From: Octopus vulgaris
Taxonomy: Eukaryota
Length of the DNA: 64,000 bases
NCBI GenBank assembly: GCA_951406725.2
Contig: OX597822.1
Location: forward strand, 59,644,001 to 59,708,000
Direction: 5' to 3'
Part shown: one piece after another, positions 1 to 11,965 of the stretch
Layout of the letters: every line of letters starts with the position of its first letter
How positions within the stretch are numbered: position 1 is the stretch's first letter
Program-made: the position numbers and the translations under genes
Notes under the pieces: generated by a model
What the model was told of the DNA's origin: nothing
Databases searched by the model: none
The model's input: only the letters and a program-made list of their open reading frames with translations

Positions 1-56
1 TTCCTTTTGGGTACCCCCTCGTATGTATCATATAATATATGTATATATGTATGTGT

Positions 57-1054
57 ATATATAACGGGAAGCTTTATGAAAATAGACAAAAGACGAAGGC
101 AGGTGGAAAACAAACAAACAATTGTATTAGTATGGCGCTCAGGAAATATAAATAAAACAAGTCTTTAACGTTTCGAGCCTACGCTCTTCAACAGAAAGAT
201 ACACAGAGAGAAAAAAACACAGAAAGAAGGAGATAAAAAAATGCGTGCAGTAACTAACGAATCAACATGGCGATCTGATTTCGGCCAGAGGTCAAAGATC
301 AAACATGAGACGCGAGAGCGAAATAAGGGGAGATAATAGGGTTGAATGACCCTAGGATAGGTCTGGACAGGCGTATGTATGGGGTTGGTGTATGTATTAG
401 TATGTATTAGTACGTATTAGTATGTATAAGTGTGTGTGTGTATGAGAGAGTATAAGTGCGTATGAGGGGTCTGGACGTGTGTATGTATAGGGTTGGTGTA
501 TGTATTAGTATGTATTAGTACGTATTAGTATGTATTAGTTGGTGTATGTATTAGTATGGCACATCATATATGATGTGATGTGTAAAGTCGTGTGGTGTAG
601 TGAGGAGAAGAGGGGGAGAAGAGGGGGGAGAAGGGGATGGGAAGAAGAGAGGGGGGAAGAGGAGAGGAGGGGGAGAGAGAGGAGGGGGGAGGAAGGAGGA
701 AAGAGGGGGGGAGAGAGAAGGGGAGAGAGGGAGTGAGGGAGCAGAGGGAAGGGGAAGAGGGAGGGAGAAAGAGGGAAGAAAGGAAGGGGAGTAGGGGTGA
801 AAGGATGAAGGACTGAAGAAGTAGGGGTCGGGGGGAAGGATAGGTGAGGAGGGGGGAGAGGGGGTTAGATGAGGAGGGGGGAGAGTTGAGACCAAATGGC
901 GTATAAGAGCGAAGAGAGAAGATTAATTCCTGTTCACGGCGCAAACGGGAATCCGGATGGCCTCTGTGTAAGGACAAACCGAACACAGATAGGTGTTGCA
1001 AGGAGTGACCGGTGGAGCGGAAATGGCGTGAGACCGGTGTGTCGTTCGCAAGGT
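57..1054 (-). repeat. Penelope pseudo-LTR, 3' copy
   Basis: Near-identical to 4259-5244. Both start atatataacgggaagcttt and end gtcgttcgcaaggt. Confidence 0.93.
162..199 (-). ncRNA. Minimal type-I hammerhead-like motif, variant core CUGUUGA
   Basis: Reverse complement reads UCUUU-CUGUUGA-A-GAGC-GUAG-GCUC-GAAACGUU-AAAGA: stem I, stem II and palindromic ACGU stem III. Confidence 0.7.
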
Positions 1055-2456
1055 GGATGTCACGAAGGTGTTCCGCGAACCGGTCAGCCAAGCGGCGTCC
1101 CGTTTGTCCGATGTAAAAGGAATTGCAGAGAGAGCAAGAGACGCAATAGATAATATTGCTGGAGGTGCAGGTGAAGGAGTGGATGATGGGATAGGGTCGA
1201 TGGTGGGTGCTAGTGAGGCGGGTGGTGTTGGAGAGGTAAGGGCAAGTGCGGCAACGTGGGCGGGAGCAGGGGAACGAGCCGGGTTGGAAGGTAGGGTCAG
1301 GGAAGGAGCTATGGACCAAAAGGTCTCGAAGGTTGTGGGCTCGTTTGAAAGAGGGGAGGGGTCGGTTAGGGAAGAGGTGTGAAGTGGACGGGTCGGACTG
1401 GAGATGACGGAAAGCTCGAAGAATGGTGCGTTGGAGACGTAGGGTCGTGGGGTGGTAAGTGAGGGGAAAAGGGAGGCGGGAGACTACAGGGCGGGTTCGG
1501 GGAGAGAGAGCAGATACACGGTCCACGGACCGTGCTCTGGCAAGGGCGGTGTGGATAGTGGTGAGGGGGTATCCACGTAGGGTGAAGTGGTGAGTCATAC
1601 GTTGAGACTGAGTCTCAAAGTCATGGTCGTCACTACAGAGCCTACGTAGACGGAGGAATTGGGAATAGGGGATGGAAAGCTTGGTGTGTTCTGGGTGGGA
1701 GGAAGAGAAGTTGAGGTATGAGTGTGAGTCTGTGTGTTTGTAGTGAATGGAGGTGGTAAGAGTGGAGTGAAGAATGCTAACCGAAATGTCGAGGAAGGAG
1801 ACAGAGGTGTTGGAGATAGTGGAAGTGAAGTGGAGGGCTGGATGGAAAGATTGGACGAAAGAGAAGAAGGAATCTAGATGTTCATGGGAGAGTGAGGTGG
1901 CACCGATAATGTCGTCAATGTAACGACCATATAGTTCAGGAGTGGGACCAGTGAAATTAGAGAATATTTGGACCTCAACATAGCCAACGAACAGGTTCGC
2001 ATAGTTGGGGCCCATTCGCGTTCCCATGGCCACTCCCGAGACCTGATGGTAGAACTCACCCGCGAACGAGAAGCAGTTCAGAGTAAGGACAAGTTCGGCC
2101 AGACGAATGAGTGTGGAGGTGTCAGGTACAGGGTTAGAGCGGAGGTCAAGAAAGTGTCGAAGGGCCTGCAGTCCTTCGTGGTGAGGGATAACAGTATAGA
2201 GGCTTTGGATGTCCATAGTAAAAAGGATTTTGGAGGAGCCGGGATGAAAGGAGAAAGAGTTGAAAAGCCGAACAGCATGGTTGGTATCGTGGATGTGGGA
2301 GGGAAGAGATGCCACTAGGGGGGCAAGGACACGGTCGAGGTATTTAGAGATGAGCTCCGTGGGGCAGTTACAGGCGGAGACGATGGGGCGGCCAGGGTTG
2401 TTGGGTTTGTGGATTTTGGGGAGGAAGTAAATGGTGGGGGTACGTGGGGTTCGCAC
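564..2456 (-). CDS. Penelope reverse transcriptase + Cys-rich linker + GIY-YIG endonuclease (C-terminal part of frameshifted ORF)
   Basis: Motifs LPKIHK..GRPIVS, MDIQSLYT, GVAMGTRMGP, RYIDDI, FLDI, IPYSQFLRLRRLCS, CSRPRCRTCP, NIIYCVSCSLC..YIGQTGRRLADRFAEH, PFGLN. The last ~105 aa are low-complexity read-through of a pyrimidine tract. Confidence 0.93.
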   Translation of the reverse strand: MRTPRTPTIYFLPKIHKPNNPGRPIVSACNCPTELISKYLDRVLAPLVASLPSHIHDTNHAVRLFNSFSFHPGSSKILFTMDIQSLYTVIPHHEGLQALRHFLDLRSNPVPDTSTLIRLAELVLTLNCFSFAGEFYHQVSGVAMGTRMGPNYANLFVGYVEVQIFSNFTGPTPELYGRYIDDIIGATSLSHEHLDSFFSFVQSFHPALHFTSTISNTSVSFLDISVSILHSTLTTSIHYKHTDSHSYLNFSSSHPEHTKLSIPYSQFLRLRRLCSDDHDFETQSQRMTHHFTLRGYPLTTIHTALARARSVDRVSALSPRTRPVVSRLPFPLTYHPTTLRLQRTILRAFRHLQSDPSTSHLFPNRPLPSFKRAHNLRDLLVHSSFPDPTFQPGSFPCSRPRCRTCPYLSNTTRLTSTHHRPYPIIHSFTCTSSNIIYCVSCSLCNSFYIGQTGRRLADRFAEHLRDIHLANDTPVSRHFRSTGHSLQHLSVFGLSLHRGHPDSRLRREQELIFSLRSYTPFGLNSPPSSSNPLSPLLTYPSPRPLLLQSFILSPLLPFLSSLFLPPSSPSLCSLTPSLPFSLPPSFLLPPPSSLSPSSPLPPSLLPIPFSPLFSPSSPHYTTRLYTSHHI

Positions 2457-3625
2457 AATTAGGTTGGATGCGGTGCGGGGGAGACGGGAGGACGAGATGA
2501 GGTCGCGGACAGTAGAGTTGGCGGAAAGCCTCGGCCCTATAGAGGTCCGCGCGCCACACCACTACAGCTCCACCCTTGTCAGCCGGTTTGATGATAATGT
2601 CAGCGCGCCGTTGGAGGGAACGAAGAGCCAAGAGCTCAGCCGGGGAGATGTTGAGGCGGCGTTGGCGCCTGGAGAAGTTGAACCGCTCCAATGCACGCTG
2701 ACAAGCGCCCGCGAAAAGATCCACTGCTAGGATCTGGCCAGGGGCAGGCGTCCACGGGGATGGTCAGCGGTCCAGGCCAGTGAAGCAGTCCTCTTCGTTG
2801 GGTGTGGGTGGCGAGTCGTGGTACTGCGCACCCAACCGGACACGGCGCACAAAGCTGTGGACATCAACTCGCGTCTGGAATTCCTTACAGGATGGAGTGA
2901 GGGGGATGAAACGCAGACCCCTACCAAGGACGGAGCGTTCAGCCGCAGAGAGGGGAAGATCGGGGGGAATGGTAACAACAGACGGAAGTGGAGAAGGGGT
3001 GGGTGGAATAGAAGTAGGTCTCGTGGAGGTCTGAGAGGGAGGGATTGGGGAGGTGTGTGGGGGGTGGTTGGGGGGCAGTAGGGTTAGGTGTAGGTGGATG
3101 GAGCCTATCGGGAGGGGAGAAGGGTGGTGGAGGAGTTGGGGTAGTGGCGTCGGGTAGGGTGGAATGGAAGAGTGATTGGAGTTTACGAAGTTTGGTATCA
3201 GAAAGAAATTGATGGAAGAGTTGATTCAAATGGATAATGAAGCGTAGCGTGTTTGGAGCATAGAGAGGCGGCAGAGAGGAGAAGAAGGTGGAGAAAGCAG
3301 GAGGAAGAAGGCGGTTGATGGCATGTAGTTTAGAGAGATTGGAGCGAATGGTGGCCCGCATAAGGCGGTAAGATGTGGTGCGGAGTATGGGTAAGATGGA
3401 AGAATCCGAGTGGAGAGCAGGGTGGAAGTGGAGGCGGAAACCTTTAGGGATGAGTCGGTGATGTAGGCAGCCTCTTAGGAAAGAGACATGGCTAGAGAAG
3501 CGGGTTTTTTTAAAAAGAAGTAGAGAGAGATTAACGGACGGCTGAAGGCAATATACAGGAAGAGAACGGAGATGATCCTTCAAACGGTGATGGAGGGTGA
3601 GGAGGTAGGACCTAGGATCCGGCAT
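2368..3625 (-). pseudogene. N-terminal part of the Penelope ORF, split by about 3 frameshifts
   Basis: ORF pieces 2939-3625 (FLRGCLHHRLIPKGF, a typical PLE N-terminus), 2727-2978 region and 2368-2724 (NISPAELLALRSL..IIIKPADKGGAVVVW). Confidence 0.85.
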
Positions 3626-4258
3626 GATGGGATAGCGGAAAAAAAAAACGTTCGAAAAAACAAAAAAAAAACAAAAAAAAAAAATTATCGTATGAAAAAA
3701 ATAGAAAAAAAGGATAGCGAAAAAAGGGGAAAAAACAAACGTTCAAAAAAACCAAAAAATAATAATCGTATGAAAAAACTAGATAAGTAAGCGATAGGGG
3801 CAGAAAAGACGGGGCAAACGGAAAAGGGAAAGAAAGAAGGGAAGCAGAGAGAGGGGGAGGCAACACCAGGGGGGTGCAGGCAGAGGAAACAGAGTATGGA
3901 CATCCAGAGAGGGAAGAAAGACGGAAAGGAGAAAAAAATGCAGGAAAATGTGGAAAGCATGAAATGAATGTAAAAAAAGTGGTAATATAAGAGAAAATAA
4001 AAATACAACAAACGGGACAGTTTATGCGAACAAGTTCAAGGTTGAAAGTTCAAGGTTGAAAGTTCAAGGTGAGAAATGTGTAGACGTCGTGGTATATTTT
4101 TTAAGGATTTCACATCAATGCAAAGTCACTTTGATCCGCGAAAGAGAGGTGCAGCCAATGGTAAGTATCCAAGAGGTAAAGAAAATCCAAGGTAGAGGTA
4201 AGTGTTGATAGTGGTATTGGTAGAATATAGGATGAAAGTGAGACCACGTGAGCGCATA

Positions 4259-5243
4259 ATATATAACGGGAAGCTTTATGAAAATAGACAAAAGACGAAG
4301 GCAGGTGGAAAACAAACAAACAATTGTATTAGTATGGCGCTCAGGAAATATAAATAAAACAAGTCTTTAACGTTTCGAGCCTACGCTCTTCAACAGAAAG
4401 ATACACAGAGAAAAAAAACACAGAAAGAAGGAGAGAAAACAATGCGTGCAGTAACTAACGAATCAACATGGCGATCTGATTTCGGCCAGAGGTCAAAGAT
4501 CAAACATGAGACGCGAGAGCGAAATAAGGGGAGATAATAGGGTTGAATGACCCTAGGATAGGTCTGGACAGGCGTATGTATGGGGTTGGTGTATGTATTA
4601 GTATGTATTAGTATGTATTAGTACGTATTAGTATGTATAAGTGTGTGTGTGTGTGTATGAGAGAGTATAAGTGCGTATGAGGGGTCTGGACGTGTATATG
4701 TATAGGGTTGGTGTATGTATTAGTATGTATTAGTACGTATTAGTATGTATTAGTTGGTGTATGTATTAGTATGGCACATCATATATGATGTGATGTGTAA
4801 AGTCGTGTGGTGTAGTGAGGGGAAGAGGGGGAGAAGAGGGGGGAGAAGGGGAGGGGAAGAAGAGAGGGGGTAAGAGGAGAGGAGGGGGGAGAAGGAGGAA
4901 AGAGGGGGAGGGGGAGAGAGAAGGGGAGTGAGGGAGCAGAGGGAAGAGGGAAGGAGGGATGGAGAAAGAGGGAAGAAGGGAAGGGGAGTAGGGGTGAAAT
5001 GATGAAGGACTGAAGAAGTAGGGGTCGGGGGGAAAGGATAGGTGAGGAGGGGGGAGAGGGGGGTTAGATGAGGAGGGGGAGAGTTGAGACCAAATGGCGT
5101 ATAAGAGCGAAGATTAATTCCTGTTCACGGCGCAAACGGGAATCCGGATGGCCTCTGTGTAAGGACAAACCGAACACAGATAGGTGTTGCAAGGAGTGAC
5201 CGGTGGAGCGGAAATGGCGTGAGACCGGTGTGTCGTTCGCAAG

Positions 5244-5244
<1 letters not shown>
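4259..5244 (-). repeat. Penelope pseudo-LTR, 5' copy
   Basis: Direct repeat of 57-1054 with small indels in the purine tract and in gagagaa near 5110. Confidence 0.93.
4364..4401 (-). ncRNA. Minimal hammerhead-like motif, second pseudo-LTR copy
   Basis: Identical to 162-199. Confidence 0.7.
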
Positions 5245-5283
<39 letters not shown>

Positions 5284-5286
5284 ATG

Positions 5287-5602
5287 ACGCCATGATAGAT
5301 CGTTAGCTACTACATGCATTTTTTTTCTCTCCTTGTTTTTTCTGTGTATCTTTCTGTGGAAGAGCGTAGGCTCGAAACGTAAAAGACTTTTTCTATTCCT
5401 GAGCACTATACAAGGGGCATTCAATAAGTAATGCCCCTGACCCACTTCCCATCGCAGTAGAGCAACGAAACTTGGCACAGTTATTAGTCTTTTTCTACAT
5501 AGGAACCACCCAGAGTTACGAATTTCTCTTATCGTACTAATCCATTTGTTTGTTTGTACATCTCCTGCCTTCGTCTTTTGTTTATTTTCGTAAACTTTCC
5601 CT

Positions 5603-5605
<3 letters not shown>
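5287..5605 (+). mobile_element. 3'-end fragment of a related Penelope subfamily with hammerhead-like motif (5349-5386), interrupted by a ~125-bp insertion
   Basis: Reverse-complement homolog of ~60-272. tctttCTGTGGAaGAGCgtagGCTCGAAACGTAaaaga. Ends in (TA)n. Confidence 0.8.
5411..5534. mobile_element. Mariner-like terminal fragment inserted at TA
   Basis: Absent from the homologous Penelope UTR and flanked by TA...TA. Begins caaggggcattcaataagtaatg, resembling mariner TIRs. No second TIR is visible. Confidence 0.45.
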
Positions 5606-5656
<51 letters not shown>

Positions 5657-5954
5657 TGTCGATACTGCGGTCTTCGTCCGAGATAAAAATCTCTTATAGA
5701 TGTACTGTGTTAAAAACATGATCTATATAGGAGATGGAATTTCATCCCGACACAGCAAAAATCTGTTATAAAAAGTATCAAGTTAGACGGTACTTAGAGA
5801 TCATGAGATTTTTCTCAGCTACTTCTGCATTCTTATATAAGTTCAATTGTCTTGAATTAATCTTGCTAGTGGACATAACAAGATAACAAGCGACTGCTCT
5901 AATCTAGAATCTACTTATCTTGCAACTGTAAGGATATATCATTTTATCGTCAAC

Positions 5955-6150
5955 TTGTTTCAGACATTAGACTGCGGCCATGCTGGGGCACCGCCTTGAA
6001 GATTTATAAGTCGAATGAACTGATTCTAGTACTTAATTTTTAAAAGACCAGAACTTATTCTATTGAACCTTTTTGTCGAATTGCTGAGTTGCAGGGACGT
6101 AAACACAACAACACCGGTGTTGGGCAAATACAAAGACACACGTGCGCACG
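5955..6150 (-). mobile_element. SINE family B, 3' half
   Basis: Reverse-complement match to 7290-7445 (ggcggtgc.ccagcatggccgcagtc tail). Confidence 0.7.
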
Positions 6151-7065
6151 CATGTATGTATGTATGTATGTATGTATGTATGTATGTATGTATGTATGTA
6201 TGTATGTATGTATGTATGTATGTATATATGTATGTGTGTGTATGTATGTATTTATATATGCGTACATATGAGTGTATATTTCTAGGTCTGTTAAATGACA
6301 ATATTATTCAACTACAAGAAAATACAGAGAAAATGAAAGATTGTATAAGCTACTTATATAACACCACCTTCTCATTCATTATATGCAAATATCTTCATTA
6401 CACATTCTTAGCTCATTAACAATGGTTTAATTTATGGATAAAAATAAATAAACAACATTCTCTAAATATTTTCATAAATTGTTGGAGCATCTTTTGTTCA
6501 ACCCTGCTTACAATAGAAATAACCCGAGCATTAAGTAATATTCAACTGATAAAAACTATGCTGAGACCATGTAAAACGAATTATGCTGTACTCAATGTCA
6601 GAGACGGAGTACGACGGAAGTGGCCAACCTGTTCTAAAATACTGAGTTCATTTAGGTTCTGAGATTGAATGTTCTCGAGATAGACTTAGCCTTTCGTTTA
6701 CCCGTGATTGACAAATCATGTATGCTACGTGAAATATCCTGTTGTTGATTGTACTGACTGCACTGCTTTGATTTTGGTGTGCCTCGATGCTGTTGGTCAC
6801 CACTTGACTCTGCATAAATTTCTATTGAGTAATATAATTCGTACCTACACACATACACACATGATGTTGGTTGCAGCTGTAATCTACTGAAATGATTATA
6901 GTACGCATCTTCAGACCAATGGTGGGATAAAATGAAACGTCGAAGCTGACTGACAGGATCTGAACAAGAGTTATTATTCAAAGAAATTGATTATAGCTCA
7001 TTATATTGCCATTTGCGCAACTCTTGCAAACCTGATAAGAATATCACAATAAATTATCACTATTA

Positions 7066-7464
7066 GGCCCAGGAGTGGCTGTGTGGTAAGTAGCTTGCTT
7101 ACCAACCACATGGTTTCAGGTTCAGTTCCACTGTGTGGCACCTTGGGTAAATGTCTTCTATTATAGCCTCGGGCCGACTAAAGCCTTGTGAGTGAATTTG
7201 GTAGACGGAAACTGAAAGAAGCCTGTCGTATATATGTATATATACATGTGTGTATATGTTTGTGTGTCTGTATTTGTCCACCCAGCATCCCTTGACAACC
7301 GAAGGTGGTGTGCTTACGTCCCCGTAACTTAGCGGTTCGGCAAAAGTAACCGATAGAATAAGTACTAGGCTTCCGAAGAATAAGTCCTGGGGTCGATTTG
7401 CTCGACTAAAGGCGGTGCTCCAGCATGGCCGCAGTCAAATGACAAGTAAAAGAGTAAAAGAGTA
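7066..7464 (+). mobile_element. tRNA-like SINE family B
   Basis: A-box-like tggctgtgtggt, B-box-like ggttcagttcc, accttgggtaaatgtctt core, tail ending (agtaaaag)2. Confidence 0.8.
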
Positions 7465-7474
7465 TTAAGATAAT

Positions 7475-8119
7475 TGTTTCAAATTTTGACACAAGGCCAG
7501 CAATTTCGAGGGAAGGGGATAGGTCGATTACACCGACCCCAGTGTTTAACTGGTACTTATTTTATCAACCCCGAAAGGATGAAACGCCAAGTCGACCTTG
7601 GCAAAATTTGAACTCAGAACCAGAAGACGGACGAAATGCCGCTAAGCAATTTGCCCGGAGTGCTAACGATTCTGCCAGCTCGCAGCCTTAATTATTAAAA
7701 TAATATTGGTTTTTAATTTTGGTACAAGGCCAGCAATTTCGAGGGATGGGATAAGTCGGTTAGACCGACCCAAAGTATTCGACTGGTACTTTTTTTTTTA
7801 TTGACCCCGAAAAGATGAAAGACAAAGTCGACCTCGGCGGAATTTGAACGTAACGGCAGACGAAATACGACTACGTATTTCGCCCGGCGTACTAACGATT
7901 CTGCCGGCTCGCCACCTTAACGTATGTATATATTAGGTTCAGATTTTGGCACAAGGCCAGCAATTTCGGTGAGGGTCAAATCGATAACATCGACCCCAGT
8001 ACTCAGCTGGTACTTATTCTATCGACTCTGAAAGGATGAAAGGCAAAGTGGACATCGGCAGTAATTTCATCTCGGAATGTGAAGATAGACGAAATGCGGC
8101 TAAGCGTTTCGTCGCCTTA
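7475..8119 (-). mobile_element. Three tandem copies of tRNA-like SINE family A
   Basis: Repeated ~215-bp units with cacaaggccagcaatttc..gaccccgaaaggatgaaa..gtcgacctcggcggaatttgaactc. Confidence 0.85.
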
Positions 8120-8342
8120 ATGTGTGTATATATTAATGTCTGTTTTTATGTCATGCAGTGTATAAAAACAATTTAACATTAAAACGAAAGATTAGTCAGT
8201 ACTTTTTAGTAGAGTACATATTTATTATCTTTTATAAGGGAAAGGCTGACAGTGACTACGAAGTATCGGTTTGTTTGCATTCATCTGAAAGCGTGAGCGG
8301 AAACTTCGAACACTGTCAACATTTACCTTGTAAAATCTAATG

Positions 8343-8367
8343 TACATACAAATATACATACATACAT

Positions 8368-8402
<35 letters not shown>

Positions 8403-9335
8403 TACATACATACCTACATACATACATACATACATGCATACATACATACATACATACATACATACATACATACATACATACATACATACATACATACATA
8501 CAAACATACATACATACATACATGCATACATACACACATACATACATACAAACATACATACATACAAACATACATACATACATACATACATACATACATA
8601 CATACATACATACATACATACATACATACATACATACATACATACATACATACATACATACATACATACATACATACATACAAACATACATACATACATA
8701 CATACATACATACATACAAACATACAAACATACAAACATACATACATACATACATACAAACATACATACATACATACATACATACAAACATACAAACATA
8801 CATACATACATACATACATACAAACATACATACATACATACATACAAACATACAAACATACATACATACATACAAACATACATACATACATACAAACATA
8901 CATACATACATACATACATACATACATACATACATACAAACATACATACATACAAACATACATACATACAAACATACATACATACATACAAACATACATA
9001 CATACAAACATACATACATACAAACATACATACATACAAACATACATACATACATACATACATACAAACATACATACATACATACATACATACATACAAA
9101 CATACATACATACATACAAACATACATACATACAAACATACATACATACATACAAACATATACATACATACATACATACATACATACATACATACATACA
9201 AACATACATACATACATACATACATACAAACATACATACATACATACATACATACAAACATACATACATACATACATACAAACATACATACATACATACA
9301 TACATACATACATACATACATACATACATACATAC
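8343..9335. repeat. ~1-kb (TACA)n microsatellite with AACA variants
   Basis: Visible directly. It produces the spurious YIHT/MYVC ORFs. Confidence 0.97.
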
Positions 9336-9336
9336 A

Positions 9337-9532
9337 GCGTATCGTTGGAGATTTTCTTTCTCTGTCTTCCCTTCTTTGGACTTTTCCTTTTTTCTCTATT
9401 TCTGGCGCAGTGCTCCGCTCGAAACGTGATATCTTCCTTCTTTCTTTCCTTTCCTGAGCGTCCAATAGCACTATACTTGTTCCTCGTCCTTGCGTTGTTG
9501 TGTTTTCTCTTTGTTCATGTTTGGATTAATTA
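9337..9532 (+). mobile_element. Degenerate Penelope-type 3'-end fragment
   Basis: ctggcgcagtgctccgctcgaaacgt (decayed hammerhead-like motif) followed by ttcctgagcg as in the Penelope UTR. Embedded in (TACA)n. Confidence 0.55.
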
Positions 9533-9577
9533 TACATACATACATACATACATACATACATACATACATACATACAT

Positions 9578-9620
<43 letters not shown>

Positions 9621-10648
9621 GGCAGACAGACAGACAGACAGACAGAGACACTTAGACAGATGTACATAGTTAATCATCAATCTAGTACAGCTGTTGATCT
9701 GCTTAAAAAGGAATTTAGAGTCAATGCCCGTAGCTCTGGAGAGGAAGGCCTGGTGATTGACAGTTGATTTTTAGTGAAAGTAAACGATTCCTTCCACCCC
9801 GAATTACTGGCCTTATGCCTACATTAGAATCCATTGTTTTCAAACAATATATTCAGTTCCATATTGTCCAATATGTCCTCGTTTATATTTTTTTGTTTTT
9901 TGAGATGCTATTTCTGGCAAGCAGGTTGAGAGGCCACAAAGAAACTCCTACGTTAATCGTTGACTCGAAGGTAGTCTACTTGACCTGAGCGAGGTGACTG
10001 GCATGTCCACCCAACACTCTCACAGTTGTACGTTAGCTTCATATTATTAGTACACCATTCAGAAAGAAAAAAATAATCACTAGAAATGTCATTTGTTTCT
10101 TATTTAAATTAATTCTGTGAGAAAATAAAATGTAAAACGTCACTGAATTAGTAAAGAACAGATTGGGAAAAATACCTATGAATCATAATTCAAATGGAGA
10201 TGATAACACGTTTTAACGGAAAACACACGGCATACAAGCAATATACAAGCACTCGTTAAAATTACAAGTAAAGGCTGTGAGATTCTCCAAAGTACTTTCA
10301 ACTTTTATAATTTAAAAAATACAATAATGAAACAACACATTCTCCACGAACTCATAGAAGAAAATATAGTTTCGTGTGGTACAGAATGAAAATTCTTGTC
10401 TCGAGGCGTAGGTGGGATGTACTTGTCAATGAGGTGCTTGTTTGTTCTTACTGTGGGTGTACGTGCATCACTGTGTGTTTGTGCATGTACATGTGTGTAT
10501 GCATTTGTACATGTAAATGTTTATATGTTTTCGCGCGCGCGTGTATGTATGTTTGTGTGTCTGTGCGTGTTTTGTTATTTTTTGTTTTCGCGTCTCGGTA
10601 CTTACGCATACAATTTACCTTTGTATGTACATAAGCGTCTGATATAGA

Positions 10649-10872
10649 AGGCCGTGAGCTGGCAGAAACGTTAGCACGCCGGGCGAAATTCTTAGCGGTA
10701 TTTCGTCTGCCGCTACGTTCTGAGTTCAAATTCCGCCTATGCCGACTTTGCTTTTCATCCTTTCGGGGTCGATTAAATATGTACCAGTTACGCACTGGGG
10801 TCGATGTAATCGTCTTAATCCGCTTGTCTGTCCTTGTTTGTATGTAGTCCCTTGTGGGCAGTAAAAGATATA
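10649..10872 (+). mobile_element. SINE family A
   Basis: gagctggcagaaacgttagc head, gagttcaaattcc B-box, ttgtgggcagtaaaaga tail. Confidence 0.85.
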
Positions 10873-11005
10873 ATAAGCGTATGAGATGAAGAACAAGAAC
10901 GGTCATACGTGCAGTGAAAAGGAAAAGGAAAGATAGAGCGAGAGGAGGCGAGAGAGAGAGAGAAAAAATAAAACAATGAATCATATATATATTATAAATT
11001 AGCAC

Positions 11006-11036
<31 letters not shown>

Positions 11037-11341
11037 GCATATATATACATCTATGTGTATATTTATGTAATACACACACACATACAGACATGCTCCACTT
11101 TTTTATATATATATTGCACAATTGTATATTTGAGTATATGTATATGTATGCATATGAACACACGTGGCCCAGTAGTTAGGGTGTTGTGTTCGCAATCATA
11201 AGGGCGTAGGTAGTTTCAATTCTTGGACTAACCAAACGCTGGTGCAGCTCTCGACCAAAATGTGAGAACTGAGCCACCTAAAATCAGTTAGAGAAAGCAA
11301 GATACATGCTACCCTATCATACTCTCTTGCGAGTTGAAAGT

Positions 11342-11403
<62 letters not shown>

Positions 11404-11699
11404 TGTGTGTATGTGTATATGCGTGTGTGTATGTGTGTGTGTGTGTATGTATATATATGTATGTATGTATGTATATATGTATGTATAATGCATACAAGTA
11501 TAGCATGGCATTAACTCCTGGGACACTTACTCCTAAGAAACAACGTCAACCAATATTTTGTTGCTTCAAAACATAACATCAATAATATTTTTTCTTTTGC
11601 AAAATGATTCCTTTGTTGATATGTTTGTATGTGCTTCGGAACCAAATGCGTTTCTTCTCCATAACAATTTGTACACACACATACACACACACACACCTT

Positions 11700-11965
11700 C
11701 GGCCGCAGTGTAGATCCCATATGGTCTGACCACTAAGAAGAAATAGTTGTGAAGAAAATTTGGCCGAATTCTCTTGAGAACAATTTTTTCTTAGTGGTCA
11801 GACCATATGAGGTCTACATTTAACATATTAGGAGTTCACCTCGTGGACATTCCTCTTATATGAATGTAATATAATTTTCTGAATCTTCAGATTTTTTCAA
11901 TATACTACGCCACTGGCTTATTTGATATTAATCAAATTAATATCAAATTTTTACCCTTATTATTT

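Larger units (their letters stand above)
57..5244 (-). mobile_element. Penelope-like retroelement (Neptune-type linker), near full length, partial-tandem pseudo-LTR arrangement
   Basis: Minus-strand RT + GIY-YIG ORF pieces. Direct repeats 57-1054 and 4259-5244 duplicate the element's 3' end upstream of the ORF. Flanks are (TA)/(TG) microsatellite. Confidence 0.92.

Noticed and set aside
539-1382. Plus-strand Arg/Gly/Glu-rich ORFs
   Set aside because: Antisense to the Penelope ORF and purine tract; low complexity with no independent coding signal.
7475-8119. Regularly repeated units suggesting a CRISPR-like array or tRNA cluster
   Set aside because: Units are ~215-bp dispersed SINE copies. 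There are no short repeats with unique spacers and no complete cloverleaf.
8323-9767. Long ORFs (300-475 aa) of YIHT/MYVC repeats
   Set aside because: Translations of a stop-free (TACA)n microsatellite. The same applies to ORFs near 6.1, 16.3, 20.3, 45.5 and 61.4 kb.
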